Assembly: GCA_965223345.1 (NCBI GenBank)
Contig: CBDCWG010000012.1
Span: 288,001 to 352,000, forward strand
Direction: 5' to 3'
DNA: 64,000 bases
Source of the DNA: Nitrospinales bacterium
GTDB lineage: Bacteria; Nitrospinota; Nitrospinia; Nitrospinales; VA-1
Part shown: piece by piece, positions 49,692 through 59,955 of the stretch
Layout of the letters: each line of letters opens with the position of its first letter
Numbering within the stretch: position 1 is the first letter of the stretch
The notes under the pieces: generated by a model
Seen by the model: only the letters and a program-made list of their open reading frames with translations
The model's database searches: none
Told to the model about the DNA's origin: nothing
Program-made: the position numbers and the translations under genes

Positions 49692-51168
49692 CGGAGCGAT
49701 GCAAGAGGAAAAACGCGAGCTCCGCCGGGTTCAGGCACTGCGTGAAAAAGCGGAACGGGGCGACCCGGCTCTCGACTTGAGCTACGAGAGCCTGGGGGAT
49801 GCGGGCGTGGTGCTGCTAGCCCGGACGTTCGACCTTTCGCATGTGCGCACGCTCGATCTGCGCTGGAATGAAATCACCGACACCGGCCTCGCCGCGCTTT
49901 GCCAATGCGCCTCACTTGCGGGATTGACCCGGTTGCGGCTCGACGCCAATCGCATCGGCGACGCGGGCGCGAAGGCGCTGGCGGCCGCTAATTTTCCCCG
50001 GCTCGCCGGGCTGAGCCTCGTTAACAACCGCGTGGGCGACGCTGGCGCGCTGCACCTGATCAAATCGAAATCGCTCACCGCGCTGGAACGGCTGGACCTG
50101 GAACTCAACCGCATCGGCCGGACCCAACTCACTGAGTTTCCCGACGGCGCGGCCAACGCCGCCCTGAAATTTTTAAACCTGCGACGCAACCGGATCGGCG
50201 ATGACACGCTGGCGGACTGGATTCCCACCGGGGCGTTCGCGCCTCTGCGGCAGCTCAACCTGGGCTGGAACCGCATCGGCGATGCAGGCGCGCAACGCCT
50301 GGCGGCGGCGCCGACGCTCAAGGATCTTGAAGAGTTGTATCTCGATTCCAACGCGATCGGCAACGCCGGCGCGCAGGCGCTGGCGTCCTCGCAATGTCTC
50401 GCCGCCCTGTCGCGGCTGAATCTGTTCGACAACGGTTTTTCGCACGCGGGGGAAAGCGCGCTGCTGGACCTGCACGCGCGGGTGCTGCTGCGCAACCATC
50501 TGCACGACGGGGTGCTCACGCTCAACGAATACGGTCTCGGTCACAAAGACATCGAGGCGCTGGTGCGCTCGCAGGCGTTTTCCCAGGTGACCGCACTCGC
50601 CCTGCGCGGCAACGAGCTGGATCACCGCGCGGTCCGGGCACTGGCGGCGGCGGGGCCGCAGCTGGAATCGCTCAACCTGATGGGCAACCCCATCGGCAAC
50701 AAGGGCGCGGTGCTGCTGGCGCAATGCGAAAACTTTGCGGGACTGAAATCCCTGAACCTGGAACAGACCGGCATCAAGGCCGCGGGCTGTTTGGCGCTCG
50801 CCCGGTCGGAACATCTCAAGGGGCTTGAGGTATTGAACCTCAGCGGCAACGAACTCACAGAAAAAGGAGTGCGCCATCTCGCAGCGGCGAAAAATCTTTC
50901 CCGTTTGAAGCGGCTGCGCGCCACGGACGTGGCGATGGGCGACGCGGGATTCGCCTCTCTGGTGCAGTCGCATCATCTAGGCAAACTGCAGGAGCTCACG
51001 GTCAACGGCAACGGCATCCGGCGTGCGGGGATCGATGCGTTCGCCAGCGCCGCGAACCTGGACTCGCTCACGCATCTCGATCTGCGGCGCAACGGCCTGC
51101 GCTCGGAAGACTGCTTTTTCATGGCCGACGCGCCGCGCTTTCAGAAACTGCAAACGTTGCGGTTTTAA
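49684..51168 (+). CDS. Leucine-rich repeat protein (RNI/GALA-like), long
   Basis: About 15 LRR units NRIGDAGA; overlaps previous stop. Confidence 0.9.
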   Translation: MTDGAMQEEKRELRRVQALREKAERGDPALDLSYESLGDAGVVLLARTFDLSHVRTLDLRWNEITDTGLAALCQCASLAGLTRLRLDANRIGDAGAKALAAANFPRLAGLSLVNNRVGDAGALHLIKSKSLTALERLDLELNRIGRTQLTEFPDGAANAALKFLNLRRNRIGDDTLADWIPTGAFAPLRQLNLGWNRIGDAGAQRLAAAPTLKDLEELYLDSNAIGNAGAQALASSQCLAALSRLNLFDNGFSHAGESALLDLHARVLLRNHLHDGVLTLNEYGLGHKDIEALVRSQAFSQVTALALRGNELDHRAVRALAAAGPQLESLNLMGNPIGNKGAVLLAQCENFAGLKSLNLEQTGIKAAGCLALARSEHLKGLEVLNLSGNELTEKGVRHLAAAKNLSRLKRLRATDVAMGDAGFASLVQSHHLGKLQELTVNGNGIRRAGIDAFASAANLDSLTHLDLRRNGLRSEDCFFMADAPRFQKLQTLRF

Positions 51169-51233
51169 ATTTAAGAAACGAATCTTGCGCGGAATGGGTC
51201 CCGAGTGTTGGTGAGGGATGAAAGGCGGGCGCG

Positions 51234-51503
51234 TTATTTATCGCTGACGGTGAATCCCTTTTGCGCGAGGCCGTCCCAGCCTTTGGTCTTCATGCAGTAG
51301 TTGAAAATTTCCTGCCACTTCAATGTCCAGGTGATGCCGCCGACGCCGAACCCGCGCGAGGAATCGTCGGCTTTTTCGTTGCAGGCGGCGGTGTCGCGCG
51401 CCAGCCGCCGTTCCTGTTCCACCGTCAGGGCTTTCGGAGCGGGGGCGGACGAACAGTGCGCCAGCAGCAGGGCACAAACCAGGATCAGGAGTTTTTTGGG
51501 CAT
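51234..51503 (-). CDS. Small lipoprotein
   Basis: MPKKLLILVCALLLAHC lipobox-like; C...CMKTKGW; GAGGA RBS. Confidence 0.7.
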   Translation of the reverse strand: MPKKLLILVCALLLAHCSSAPAPKALTVEQERRLARDTAACNEKADDSSRGFGVGGITWTLKWQEIFNYCMKTKGWDGLAQKGFTVSDK

Positions 51504-51793
51504 GCGGTCCTCGTGAGCCCTTCCCAGCTCCCCTCTGGCAACGGGCCTCTCTCCTCCGGTGTGTCCCCTCATTAAATTTAACACAATTGTCACCCAGGCT
51601 AGACACCGATGTGATGTGCGTCGCTTACTCTGGTTCGGTGAGGCACTGTTTCCGGTCTCCGAAGGCCCGCAGGAATCCGGAGACAAAGGGCACAGGCGCT
51701 TCCACATTAACATAACTAATTGATTTTATTGACTATTTATTGATTCGGCCGCATATCCACAGGGTCCGGGGCGAGCCGGGAGGAGACCGCATC

Positions 51794-52171
51794 GTGAGCA
51801 CAACGATCAAAAAATTTTCCTTCGAAATCATCGTGTCGCTGCTGTTCGTTTTTCTGATCGCCCTCTATGTCGCGTTCCCCCAGGTCGGCAAGGCCGAAGC
51901 GGAGACCGCCGACGTCCTGGCCGAAAGGGTGCTGAAGCTCTACGATGCCGGGAACTACGCGGAAGCGGTGCCGTTGGCCCAAAAAGTCATAAAAATTCGC
52001 GAGACCACCCAGGGGCCGGAACATCCGGATGTGGCCACCGCCCTGCAGACCCTGGCGGGGATCTACCAGGCCGCCGGCGACTACGCACAGGCCGCGCCGC
52101 TGGACCGGCGGGCGCTGACGATCCTGAAAAAACTCGAGGCGTCCGCACTCGAAATCGCCCCCGCTTCCTGA
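51794..52171 (+). CDS. Short membrane-anchored TPR protein
   Basis: AGGAG RBS + GTG; TM; GPEHPDVATALQTLAGIY. Confidence 0.75.
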   Translation: MSTTIKKFSFEIIVSLLFVFLIALYVAFPQVGKAEAETADVLAERVLKLYDAGNYAEAVPLAQKVIKIRETTQGPEHPDVATALQTLAGIYQAAGDYAQAAPLDRRALTILKKLEASALEIAPAS

Positions 52172-52457
52172 TTGCAGGGCTTTTTCAACGCTTTTCCCAC
52201 CTCCCGTTCTTTCCCGCTGCACACTCAATCCCGGTTGACAAGTTTGGCAGGCTGAAATAAATTAGGTGTATCCCGTTTGTGTGCATGAGGACCTCCACTA
52301 GTTTGCAACAGTTCTTTTAAGGCGTTCCTGGGCCCGACCTTCCAGGGGCCGTTCACAGCCCGACACCATCGTAAGGATGCCATCGTCACCCGGTGCGGGG
52401 CTTTCACCGGTAAAGCTACGGAGCAGAACGCCTATCGACAACCTCTAAAGGGGAAGC

Positions 52458-53030
52458 GTGATGAAAACAACAATGCGTGCTTTTGGCGGCTTGGTTCTGG
52501 CGCTCGTTCTCGTTTTGCTGGGCTGCAACCAGGGCGCGGAACAGAAAAAAGAGGGACCCGTAAAATCCGAGAGCAGTGTCACGGAGGGACAGCCGCCTTC
52601 GGCTCTGGCGGGGATCAAACAGGAAGTGAAAGAGACCACCGAAAAGGTCGTGGAGAAAGTGGAAGAGACGACGGAAAAAGTGGCTGAGAATATCGAGGAA
52701 CAAAAAGACGCGGCGGTGGACATGATCAGCAAGTTGGCGAACAGCGGCGCACTGCTGGTTCCGATCGAAACCGAGGGCGGACCGGAAAACAACGAGGGCG
52801 TTGGCCACTACAAGGAAGGGCACTGGGAGGTTTCCGAAAAGCACTTCCGCAAGGCGCTGGAGGAAAATCCGGAACTGCCCGAAGCGCATTACAACCTGGC
52901 GCTGACGCTGGACAAACTGGACAAGCACATGGAAGCCACCAACCACTTCGAAACCGCCCTGGACCTCGACCCGGACAATCCCAAGATCCGCGATTCGGAG
53001 ATCCTGCAGAACCACGTGGGGGGCAGCTGA
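52458..53030 (+). CDS. TPR lipoprotein
   Basis: LLGC lipobox; NNEGVGHY...PEAHYNLALTL. Confidence 0.82.
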   Translation: MMKTTMRAFGGLVLALVLVLLGCNQGAEQKKEGPVKSESSVTEGQPPSALAGIKQEVKETTEKVVEKVEETTEKVAENIEEQKDAAVDMISKLANSGALLVPIETEGGPENNEGVGHYKEGHWEVSEKHFRKALEENPELPEAHYNLALTLDKLDKHMEATNHFETALDLDPDNPKIRDSEILQNHVGGS

Positions 53031-53055
53031 GCCCGCCCACCGACGGGCGCGCCAT

Positions 53056-53844
53056 TCACAGCGCCGGTTTTTTTCGGGCGATGAACAGGTGATTCTGCAC
53101 CAGAGGACGAAACAACGCCGCCAGCCATTTATCGGCGGCGTTGTAGGTTTTGACGAACGCCGGATGGTTTTTCACCCCCGCAGGCAGACGCGTCAACTCG
53201 TTGCGCGGCAGGAAGGCGTAGGACTGGAGGCACTCCAGATCCAGCCCGGAAGCGGTGCACAGGCGTCGGATCGCCCGGTGCGTGAATTTATAGGGATGCT
53301 GGTGTTTGGAAGGAAAGCAGCGCGCGAGCGTTTCCACCCAACTGAACTTGTTGGGAAAATGAAAGCATAAAAAACGCCCGCCGGGTTTGAGCACGCGGCG
53401 GATCTCCAACAGGCTTTTCCCCTCCTCCCCGCCCTGCTGACGCACGTGCTCCAGCACACCCACCGAAACCACCGCATCGAACGTTTCCCCTGCATAAGGC
53501 AGACTCACCGGGTCTCCGGAGCTTTCCTGATACCGGAACGCCTGTGGGTAACGCGTTGCCAGTGCATCCGCGATGCGGCAGCCTTCGGGGTTGTAGTAAT
53601 CCGATGCGGTCACGTTGAAGCCCTCGACCGTGTGCCCTTCATGCAATAAAAACGCGCTGAAATGCCCGTCGCCGCAGCCCCAGTCCAGCACGCGCGCGCC
53701 TTTGGGGAGCGTTTGCGTGACCCGGTCGTAAACGATCCAGTACTGCGCGGCGGTTGCGGGGTTTTCAAACCGCGCGAGTTCCCATTCGTGCAACTGCGGG
53801 TAGACCTCCTCCATCCAGCGGCGTTCGCGTTCACTCCAGCGCAT
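53056..53844 (-). CDS. Class I SAM-dependent methyltransferase
   Basis: VLDWGCGDG, LPYAGETFDAV, VLEHV, RVLKPGG. Confidence 0.92.
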   Translation of the reverse strand: MRWSERERRWMEEVYPQLHEWELARFENPATAAQYWIVYDRVTQTLPKGARVLDWGCGDGHFSAFLLHEGHTVEGFNVTASDYYNPEGCRIADALATRYPQAFRYQESSGDPVSLPYAGETFDAVVSVGVLEHVRQQGGEEGKSLLEIRRVLKPGGRFLCFHFPNKFSWVETLARCFPSKHQHPYKFTHRAIRRLCTASGLDLECLQSYAFLPRNELTRLPAGVKNHPAFVKTYNAADKWLAALFRPLVQNHLFIARKKPAL

Positions 53845-53869
53845 GCGGCCCCCTTTTCAGGCAAAGGAC

Positions 53870-53905
53870 AAAAAAAAGCCCGCAGGGCGTGAAACCCCGC
53901 GGGCT
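53870..53905 (-). terminator. Intrinsic terminator after NuoF-like gene
   Basis: AGCCCGC...GCGGGCT hairpin with poly-A on + strand (U-tail on -). Confidence 0.75.
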
Positions 53906-53921
53906 GTAAAATACGCAATGA

Positions 53922-55748
53922 TCAGAGGATCGCCAGGAAATTGCAGGCCTCGTAGCAGGCGTTGCAGTTGATGCACAGATCCATGTCGATGTGGGCGGCG
54001 ACTTTGCGGGTGCCGCCGGTGATGGCGCCGGTGGGACAGGGTTTGATGCAGGCCCCGCAGGCGACGCATTCTTCCTCTTTCACGTAGTAGCGGTACAGGC
54101 CCGTGCATTTGGCGGCGTCGCAGATCTGATCGACGATGTGGCGCTCATATTCCTTGCGGAAATACTTGATGCCGGTCAGCACGCTCTTGACCGCCGTTTC
54201 TCCGAGACCGCACAGGGAGGTCACGTTGATTTCCTCGCACAGGGCCTGGAGCTTGTCGAGGTCCTCCATCTTGCCCCGGCCTTCGGAGATGTCGTCGAGC
54301 TTGTTTTTGATCAGCGAGAGTCCGATGCGGCAGGGCGTGCACTTGCCGCAGGTTTCGCCCTCGTTGAATCCCATGGAAAACTTGGCCAGATCGATCACGC
54401 AGGCGGAATTGTCGTAGGCGGAAAAACTCGCCTGCCCCATGAGCACGCCCGCATCCAGCAGGCTCTCGTAGTCCATGGTGATGTCGGCTTTTTCCGGAGG
54501 CAGGAATCCGCCGGTGACGCCGCCCACGTGGATGACCTTGAGATCCTTCTTTTTCACGATGCCGCCACAGATGTCGTCGATGACCTGGCGGAACGTGAGC
54601 CCCATGTCCAGTTCCATGAGGCCGTTGTACTTGAGGTTGCCGGCGATGGCCCAGGTCTTGACGCCCTTGGCGTTGGGGGTGCCGAATCCGGCGTACCAGT
54701 CCGCGCCCTTGCGCAGGATGGGCGGCACGCTGGCCCAGGTTTCGGCGTTGTTGAGCAACGTCGGCCGGCCCCACAATCCGTTCTCTGTGGAATGCGGCGG
54801 CTGCGCCTTGGGAAAGGGCCGCTTGCCTTCGATGGACTGCATGAGGGCGGTCGATTCCCCGCCGATGAACGCCTCGATGCCTTCATGGATGGAGATGTCG
54901 ATGGAAAAACCGCTGCCCAGGATGTTGTCGCCGAGCAGGTTGCGTTCCTTCGCCTGCTCGATCGCCATGTTGAGCCGTTTGACGGCGATGGCGTAATCGG
55001 CGCGGGTGTAGACGATGCCTTCGGTCGCGCCAATGGCGTAGGCGCCGATGATGAGGCCTTCCAGCATCTGGTGCGGACAGCCTTCCATGACGCTGCGGTC
55101 CATGTAGGAGGCGGGGTTGCCTTCATCGCCGTTGACCAGAATGTAGCGCACGCCGTCGGGCGTGTGCGCCTTGGCGGCTTTCTCCCACTTGTGGCCGGTG
55201 ACGAATCCGCCGCCGCCTTTGCCGCGCAGGCCGGATTTTTTGATCTCTTCGATCACCTCGGCGGGCTTCATGCTTTTGAGGACTTTTTTCAACGCCTCGT
55301 AACCGCCGACCGCGAGGTACTCGTCGATGTTTTCCGGATCGATGGCGCCGCCGAATTCCATGGCCACGCGGTCCTGCTTTTTCAGCTGCTCGTAATAGTC
55401 TTCCTTGGCCGCAGCTTTCTTGAACACCTTGCCGCCGACCACATGATCGTTCAGGATCTTGGAGACCATTTCCGGCTTCACTTTTTCATAGGTCACGCGC
55501 GGCTCGCCGGGGATGTAGACGTCCACCAGGACATCCCGGCTGCAGTAGCCGCGGCAGCCCACCTGCCCCATGTTGCACTGCCGGTCTCCGAGTTCCGCGT
55601 TGGCCTGCATGGCGGCGATCTGTTTCTCGAATTCCGCGTACACTTCCTTGCCGCCCTCGGCCACGCCGCTCAGGCTGAGACAGACGGTGATTTTGACCGT
55701 ACCCTGTTTTTCTGCAGTCGCTTGGGCTTGTTCCTGAACCGCTTCCAT
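53922..55748 (-). CDS. HydB/NuoF-like FMN/NAD(P)H-binding subunit with N-terminal thioredoxin-like Fe-S domain and C-terminal 2x[4Fe-4S]
   Basis: SGLRGKGGGGF, NGDEGNPASYMDR, CGKCTPCR...CGLG, CVACGACIKPCP, CINCNACYEAC. Confidence 0.9.
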   Translation of the reverse strand: MEAVQEQAQATAEKQGTVKITVCLSLSGVAEGGKEVYAEFEKQIAAMQANAELGDRQCNMGQVGCRGYCSRDVLVDVYIPGEPRVTYEKVKPEMVSKILNDHVVGGKVFKKAAAKEDYYEQLKKQDRVAMEFGGAIDPENIDEYLAVGGYEALKKVLKSMKPAEVIEEIKKSGLRGKGGGGFVTGHKWEKAAKAHTPDGVRYILVNGDEGNPASYMDRSVMEGCPHQMLEGLIIGAYAIGATEGIVYTRADYAIAVKRLNMAIEQAKERNLLGDNILGSGFSIDISIHEGIEAFIGGESTALMQSIEGKRPFPKAQPPHSTENGLWGRPTLLNNAETWASVPPILRKGADWYAGFGTPNAKGVKTWAIAGNLKYNGLMELDMGLTFRQVIDDICGGIVKKKDLKVIHVGGVTGGFLPPEKADITMDYESLLDAGVLMGQASFSAYDNSACVIDLAKFSMGFNEGETCGKCTPCRIGLSLIKNKLDDISEGRGKMEDLDKLQALCEEINVTSLCGLGETAVKSVLTGIKYFRKEYERHIVDQICDAAKCTGLYRYYVKEEECVACGACIKPCPTGAITGGTRKVAAHIDMDLCINCNACYEACNFLAIL

Positions 55749-56210
55749 GTGAAAAGCTCTCCTAAAAAAAGCCTGGATTTTTTATACGCTCATGCGGATG
55801 CGCACCCACGGGACGGCATCCGCTGCAAACCGTTTGATAACTTACGATTTTAACATCTTTCGACGTCCCCACCTAGACGGAAAATCCCATAGATTCTAGT
55901 CACCGGCCACAAGGTTGTCAAACTTAAGCGACCGGCTGCGGGCCGAATATCCGCGCCGCAATCCGCCTGCGCCGGGCCCTGTCCGGCGGCGGGATCGCGG
56001 TGAATCCCGGAACCTGTTGAGCCTGCGGCGTTTTTTGTCGCGAGCGCGGCTGCGGGTAGGGGCGCACGCCCCGCAACCCACCCGCAGCAAACCCTTGATA
56101 TTATTACATCTATATGCAACCTGCTTTGAGGCCAATCGGGATGCGGGTGCGAGCCGGTTACAATTTCTGCAAAGCGAAATCGGCCCTGCCGGTGTGATTG
56201 CGCTGCCGCC

Positions 56211-57275
56211 TCAAGGCGTCAGCTTGCCGATTTTGTTGTTGAACTGCCCGCGGAAATAGCGGCCGGTTTCGACGAACCAGACGTTGCCTTCGGCATCCAG
56301 GGTCAGGGTGTTGGGATGCGCCTTCGGCGTGGGAATCTTAAATTCCTGCATCCCCTCACTGGTGCCGGGTCTGGCTTTGGCCAGATCCAGAAGGCCGATG
56401 CTGTTGGCGTGGTTGAGCGCCACCCAGATGCGGTTTCGCTCGTCGTCCACCACGAGATCGTGCGTCCCCTTGCGTTTGCCGGGAAGCGGGTACTCCACCA
56501 GTTTTGCGGCACCGTCTGTGAAATCAAGTTTTGTGATCTTGTTGGCGAAAAACTGCGTGAACCAGATGCCGCCGTCTTTCGCCTTCGCCATCGCGTGCGG
56601 CACGGACCGCTCGGGCGGCACGGGGATTTCCTCGATCGCGCCGGTCGCGGGATCCAGCGATGCGATCTTGTTGAAGAACACCTTGGCCCAGAATTTCCCA
56701 CCCTGGGTGTACCAGATCTTTCCGTTGTCGATCACCAGATCGTGCGGATGACCGGGGTTGACCGGGTGTTCCCGGATCGCGCCGGTTGCGGGATCGAGCC
56801 GGGCGATTTTGTCGGTTTCAAACTGGGCGAACCAGATGCCGCCGTCCTCCGCTTCGACGAGATGGTGCGGTTCGCTCCCGGGTGTGGGGATCGGGTACTC
56901 CTTGATGCTTCCGGATTTCGGGTCGAGCCGGCCGATGCGGTTGCCGTGCATCTGGGAAAACCACACCGTGCCGTTTCGGGCAACCAGGATGGCGTTGGGC
57001 TGGCTGTTCTTTTTCGGCAGATCGTATTCGGTGATTCCCTCGGAGGTTCCGGCCTTCACTTTATTGGGATCCAGCCTGCCGATTTTGCCGGCGTTGATCA
57101 TGGTGAACCACAAAATGCCATCGGCATCGAACGCCAGCCCGGCTGGGCTGCTGTCCGCACTGGGCGTGATGTATTCCTCGATGACCGCTGCGTGGACGAG
57201 CTGCGTCTGAATCCAGAAAACGGCGGCGGCGAACCGCAGCCCGTGACGGAAGAAAGTCGAATTGTGTGCTGCCAT
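56211..57275 (-). CDS. Virginiamycin B lyase (Vgb)-like beta-propeller, secreted
   Basis: Repeated DGxxWF...NxIGRLDP...EYPIP units. Confidence 0.85.
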   Translation of the reverse strand: MAAHNSTFFRHGLRFAAAVFWIQTQLVHAAVIEEYITPSADSSPAGLAFDADGILWFTMINAGKIGRLDPNKVKAGTSEGITEYDLPKKNSQPNAILVARNGTVWFSQMHGNRIGRLDPKSGSIKEYPIPTPGSEPHHLVEAEDGGIWFAQFETDKIARLDPATGAIREHPVNPGHPHDLVIDNGKIWYTQGGKFWAKVFFNKIASLDPATGAIEEIPVPPERSVPHAMAKAKDGGIWFTQFFANKITKLDFTDGAAKLVEYPLPGKRKGTHDLVVDDERNRIWVALNHANSIGLLDLAKARPGTSEGMQEFKIPTPKAHPNTLTLDAEGNVWFVETGRYFRGQFNNKIGKLTP

Positions 57276-57389
57276 GGCGAATTCCTCCTGCAGGAAGAAG
57301 TTTGAGGTTGATTGCGGTATGGCTTAAATATAAACTCTTACCTCAATGTCACAACCCCGATTTTTCAACTCCCTTCCGGTCCACACTCT

Positions 57390-58955
57390 ATGATCAAAAC
57401 CACGGTCAAACACGACGACGTGCTGACGCACACCACGCCCTGCCTGGTTGTTTTCTGCCCGGAAGAGGCCAAACCGGGCAAAGTTCTCAAACAGATCGAC
57501 ACGAAACTGCACGGCGCGGTGACGGCGGCGTTCAAAGACAAACGCTTTGAGGGCAAACCGCAGCAGACGCTCTGGCTCAACGCGATGGGGGCTCTGGGGG
57601 CAAACCACGTTCTGCTTGCGGGTGTGGGCACGCTGAAAAAACTGAACGCGGAAATCGTGCGCCAGGCGGCGGGATGCGCGGCGAAGCGCGCGGAACAGGC
57701 GCGCGCCACGAAAGTTTCGTTTTATGTGGAAGACGCGACGGTGGGCAAGGCGTTCGGCAGCGCCAAAAACCAGGGCCCGGCGGCCGGTGCGGTGACCGAA
57801 GGAAGCCTGCTGGCGCTGTATCATTTCGATCACTACAAAAGCGAAAAGGACGGCGACGATGCGCCCAGCCGCATCGCGGAGATCACGCTGCTTTGCGATG
57901 GCAAGGCGCAGGTGAACGCCGGCAAGACGGCGGTGGACAAAGCCCGGACGCTGGCAGAGGCGGTCTGCCTGACCCGCGATCTCATCCTACATCCCTCCAA
58001 CCGCGCCACGCCCTCCTTCCTCGCGCAGAACGCGAAGAAGATCGCCAAAGCGGCCAAGGTCACCTGCAAGGTGCTGGGCGAGAAGGAAATGAAAAAGCTC
58101 GGCATGGGCTCGTTTCTCGGCGTATCGAAGGGCAGCCACGAGCCGCCCGCCTTCATCATCTTGGAATACGCTGGCGGCAAAAAATCCGACCCGCCCGTGG
58201 TGATCGTCGGCAAGGCGGTCACCTTCGACACCGGCGGCATCTCTCTCAAACCGCCGGCCAACATGGACGAGATGAAAATGGACATGTCCGGCGGCGCGGT
58301 GACGCTGGGGACGATCCAGGCGGCGGCGGGTCTCAAGCTGCCGATCAACGTGGTGGGGCTAGTGCCGGCGACGGAGAACATGCCCGGCGGCTCGGCGACC
58401 AAACCGGGGGACATCCTCACCAGCATGTCCGGCAAAACCATCGAGGTGCTCAACACCGATGCGGAAGGGCGGCTGATCCTGGCGGACGCGCTCACTTATG
58501 CGGCGCGCTATAAGCCGCGCGCGCTCATCGATCTGGCGACGTTGACCGGAGCGGTGATCATGGCGCTGGGGCACTACGCGGCGGCGGTGATGGGCAACGA
58601 CGACGATCTGATCGAAAAACTCACCGAAAGCGGCGAGGAAACCGGCGAGCGGGTGTGGCGGCTGCCGCTGTGGGACGAGCACGACAAGGCGGTGAAAGGC
58701 AACATCGCGGACCTGAAGAACATCGCGGCTCCGGGCGTCGGGGCGGGCACGACGATGGGCGCGGCGTTTTTGAAGCCGTTCGCCGGTGAGGGTCCCTGGA
58801 CCCACATCGACATCGCCGGCACCTCCTGGTCCGGCGAGGACAAGCCCTACACACCGAAAGGCGCTTCGGGTTTCGGGGTGCGCCTGCTCACGCATTTTCT
58901 CGAACGCGAGGCGCACGCCGCCAAGCCGAAACGCCGGAGCGCCCGGAAAAAATAG
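57390..58955 (+). CDS. pepA: Leucyl aminopeptidase (M17)
   Basis: GKAVTFDTGG, MKMDMSG, NTDAEGRLILAD, DLATLTGA, HIDIAGT. Confidence 0.96.
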   Translation: MIKTTVKHDDVLTHTTPCLVVFCPEEAKPGKVLKQIDTKLHGAVTAAFKDKRFEGKPQQTLWLNAMGALGANHVLLAGVGTLKKLNAEIVRQAAGCAAKRAEQARATKVSFYVEDATVGKAFGSAKNQGPAAGAVTEGSLLALYHFDHYKSEKDGDDAPSRIAEITLLCDGKAQVNAGKTAVDKARTLAEAVCLTRDLILHPSNRATPSFLAQNAKKIAKAAKVTCKVLGEKEMKKLGMGSFLGVSKGSHEPPAFIILEYAGGKKSDPPVVIVGKAVTFDTGGISLKPPANMDEMKMDMSGGAVTLGTIQAAAGLKLPINVVGLVPATENMPGGSATKPGDILTSMSGKTIEVLNTDAEGRLILADALTYAARYKPRALIDLATLTGAVIMALGHYAAAVMGNDDDLIEKLTESGEETGERVWRLPLWDEHDKAVKGNIADLKNIAAPGVGAGTTMGAAFLKPFAGEGPWTHIDIAGTSWSGEDKPYTPKGASGFGVRLLTHFLEREAHAAKPKRRSARKK

Positions 58956-59004
58956 ATCGCCTGTTTGGACTTATCGTTATTCTTCCACCGGAGGGGCGGA
59001 CCCT

Positions 59005-59490
59005 TTGCAGAGTTTTTTCATCGTTTTCCTTCACCTGGTCGCCGCGGCGGGCGCCATCGGCAGCCTGGCCTACGCGCTTTGGGTATACCTGCCGGCGGTG
59101 GAAAAGGACGCCAAAAAGCCTGCGGATGAAAACGCACCGGCCTACAAAGTGCTGGAGACGCTGCAGCCCACGGTGTTCGTCTGCCTGCTGATCCTCGTCG
59201 GCACCGGGATCTACACGCTGCTGACCCAGTATTCGCGCCAGGGCGAGTTGCCCGCAACCTATTACGATATTCTGGGAATCAAAATGGTGTTCGCGCTGGC
59301 GGCGTTTTCGCTGAGCCTGTATCTGACCTTCTCGCTGCGGCCGCAGATCACGGATCTCGACATCCGGCCGGAAAAACGCAAACTGGTTCCCGCTACATTG
59401 CAGCGCATGCGGACGCTCAGTCAGTTCACACTGGGGGCAGCGACGGCGGCGCTTTTTCTCGGTGTCTGGCTGGCTCGGGTGGCCGGATGA
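59005..59490 (+). CDS. Four-TM membrane protein (CopD-like)
   Basis: GGAGG RBS + TTG; FLHLVAAAxxIG...ILVGTG...LGIKM pattern. Confidence 0.7.
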   Translation: MQSFFIVFLHLVAAAGAIGSLAYALWVYLPAVEKDAKKPADENAPAYKVLETLQPTVFVCLLILVGTGIYTLLTQYSRQGELPATYYDILGIKMVFALAAFSLSLYLTFSLRPQITDLDIRPEKRKLVPATLQRMRTLSQFTLGAATAALFLGVWLARVAG

Positions 59491-59599
59491 TGCGGCCCAC
59501 GCGGCGTGCGATGGCTTCGCGAAAAAGATTTATTTTAGCGTTGTGAGCCAACGCGTATTTGGGTAGCATTAAACAGGTGATCTTTTTACGAGGCGACCC

Positions 59600-59896
59600 A
59601 TGAACGAAGACAACGCCACCCCCACCCCAAAGCAGGAATCCGCCGGCGCGAACGATGATCCGCAAGCTTCTGCGGAACCGGCAGCCGAATCGCCCGCGGC
59701 CGAATCCCACGCGCACGAGATCGACCTCAACACGCTGTTTCCCGACGCCGAGGAAGACCTGAACGCACTGTTTCCGGATGAGGAAATGAAGCAGTTTCTA
59801 AAAAGCGTGAGCCGCAACAAAAAGGATCTGTCGGCGCTCAACGAACGGTTCATCCAGGAAAATCAACGCGACGTCCCCCCCGAAGATCTGGTCTGA
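59600..59896 (+). CDS. Acidic hypothetical protein
   Basis: GAGG RBS; internal repeat DLNTLFPD/DLNALFPD. Confidence 0.65.
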   Translation: MNEDNATPTPKQESAGANDDPQASAEPAAESPAAESHAHEIDLNTLFPDAEEDLNALFPDEEMKQFLKSVSRNKKDLSALNERFIQENQRDVPPEDLV

Positions 59897-59955
59897 AAAC
59901 TTCCTGAGTCAATTTGAGCAATCAGGTGTGCAACGCTTAGAGGAAACGGCTGTCC

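Noticed and set aside
53991..55853. Long antisense ORFs (620 aa here; similarly 13253-14809, 46105-47874, 5267-7075)
   Set aside because: Typical high-GC antisense shadows of well-supported genes, with no motifs
56049..56088. GTAG-type REP element (nested hairpin GCTGCGGGT...ACCCGCAGC)
   Set aside because: Single copy in the window; may simply be a terminator-like hairpin downstream of the Vgb-like gene
56211..57275. Streptogramin resistance gene vgb
   Set aside because: Only the generic propeller repeat is evident, with a signal-like N-terminus; resistance function is unsupported
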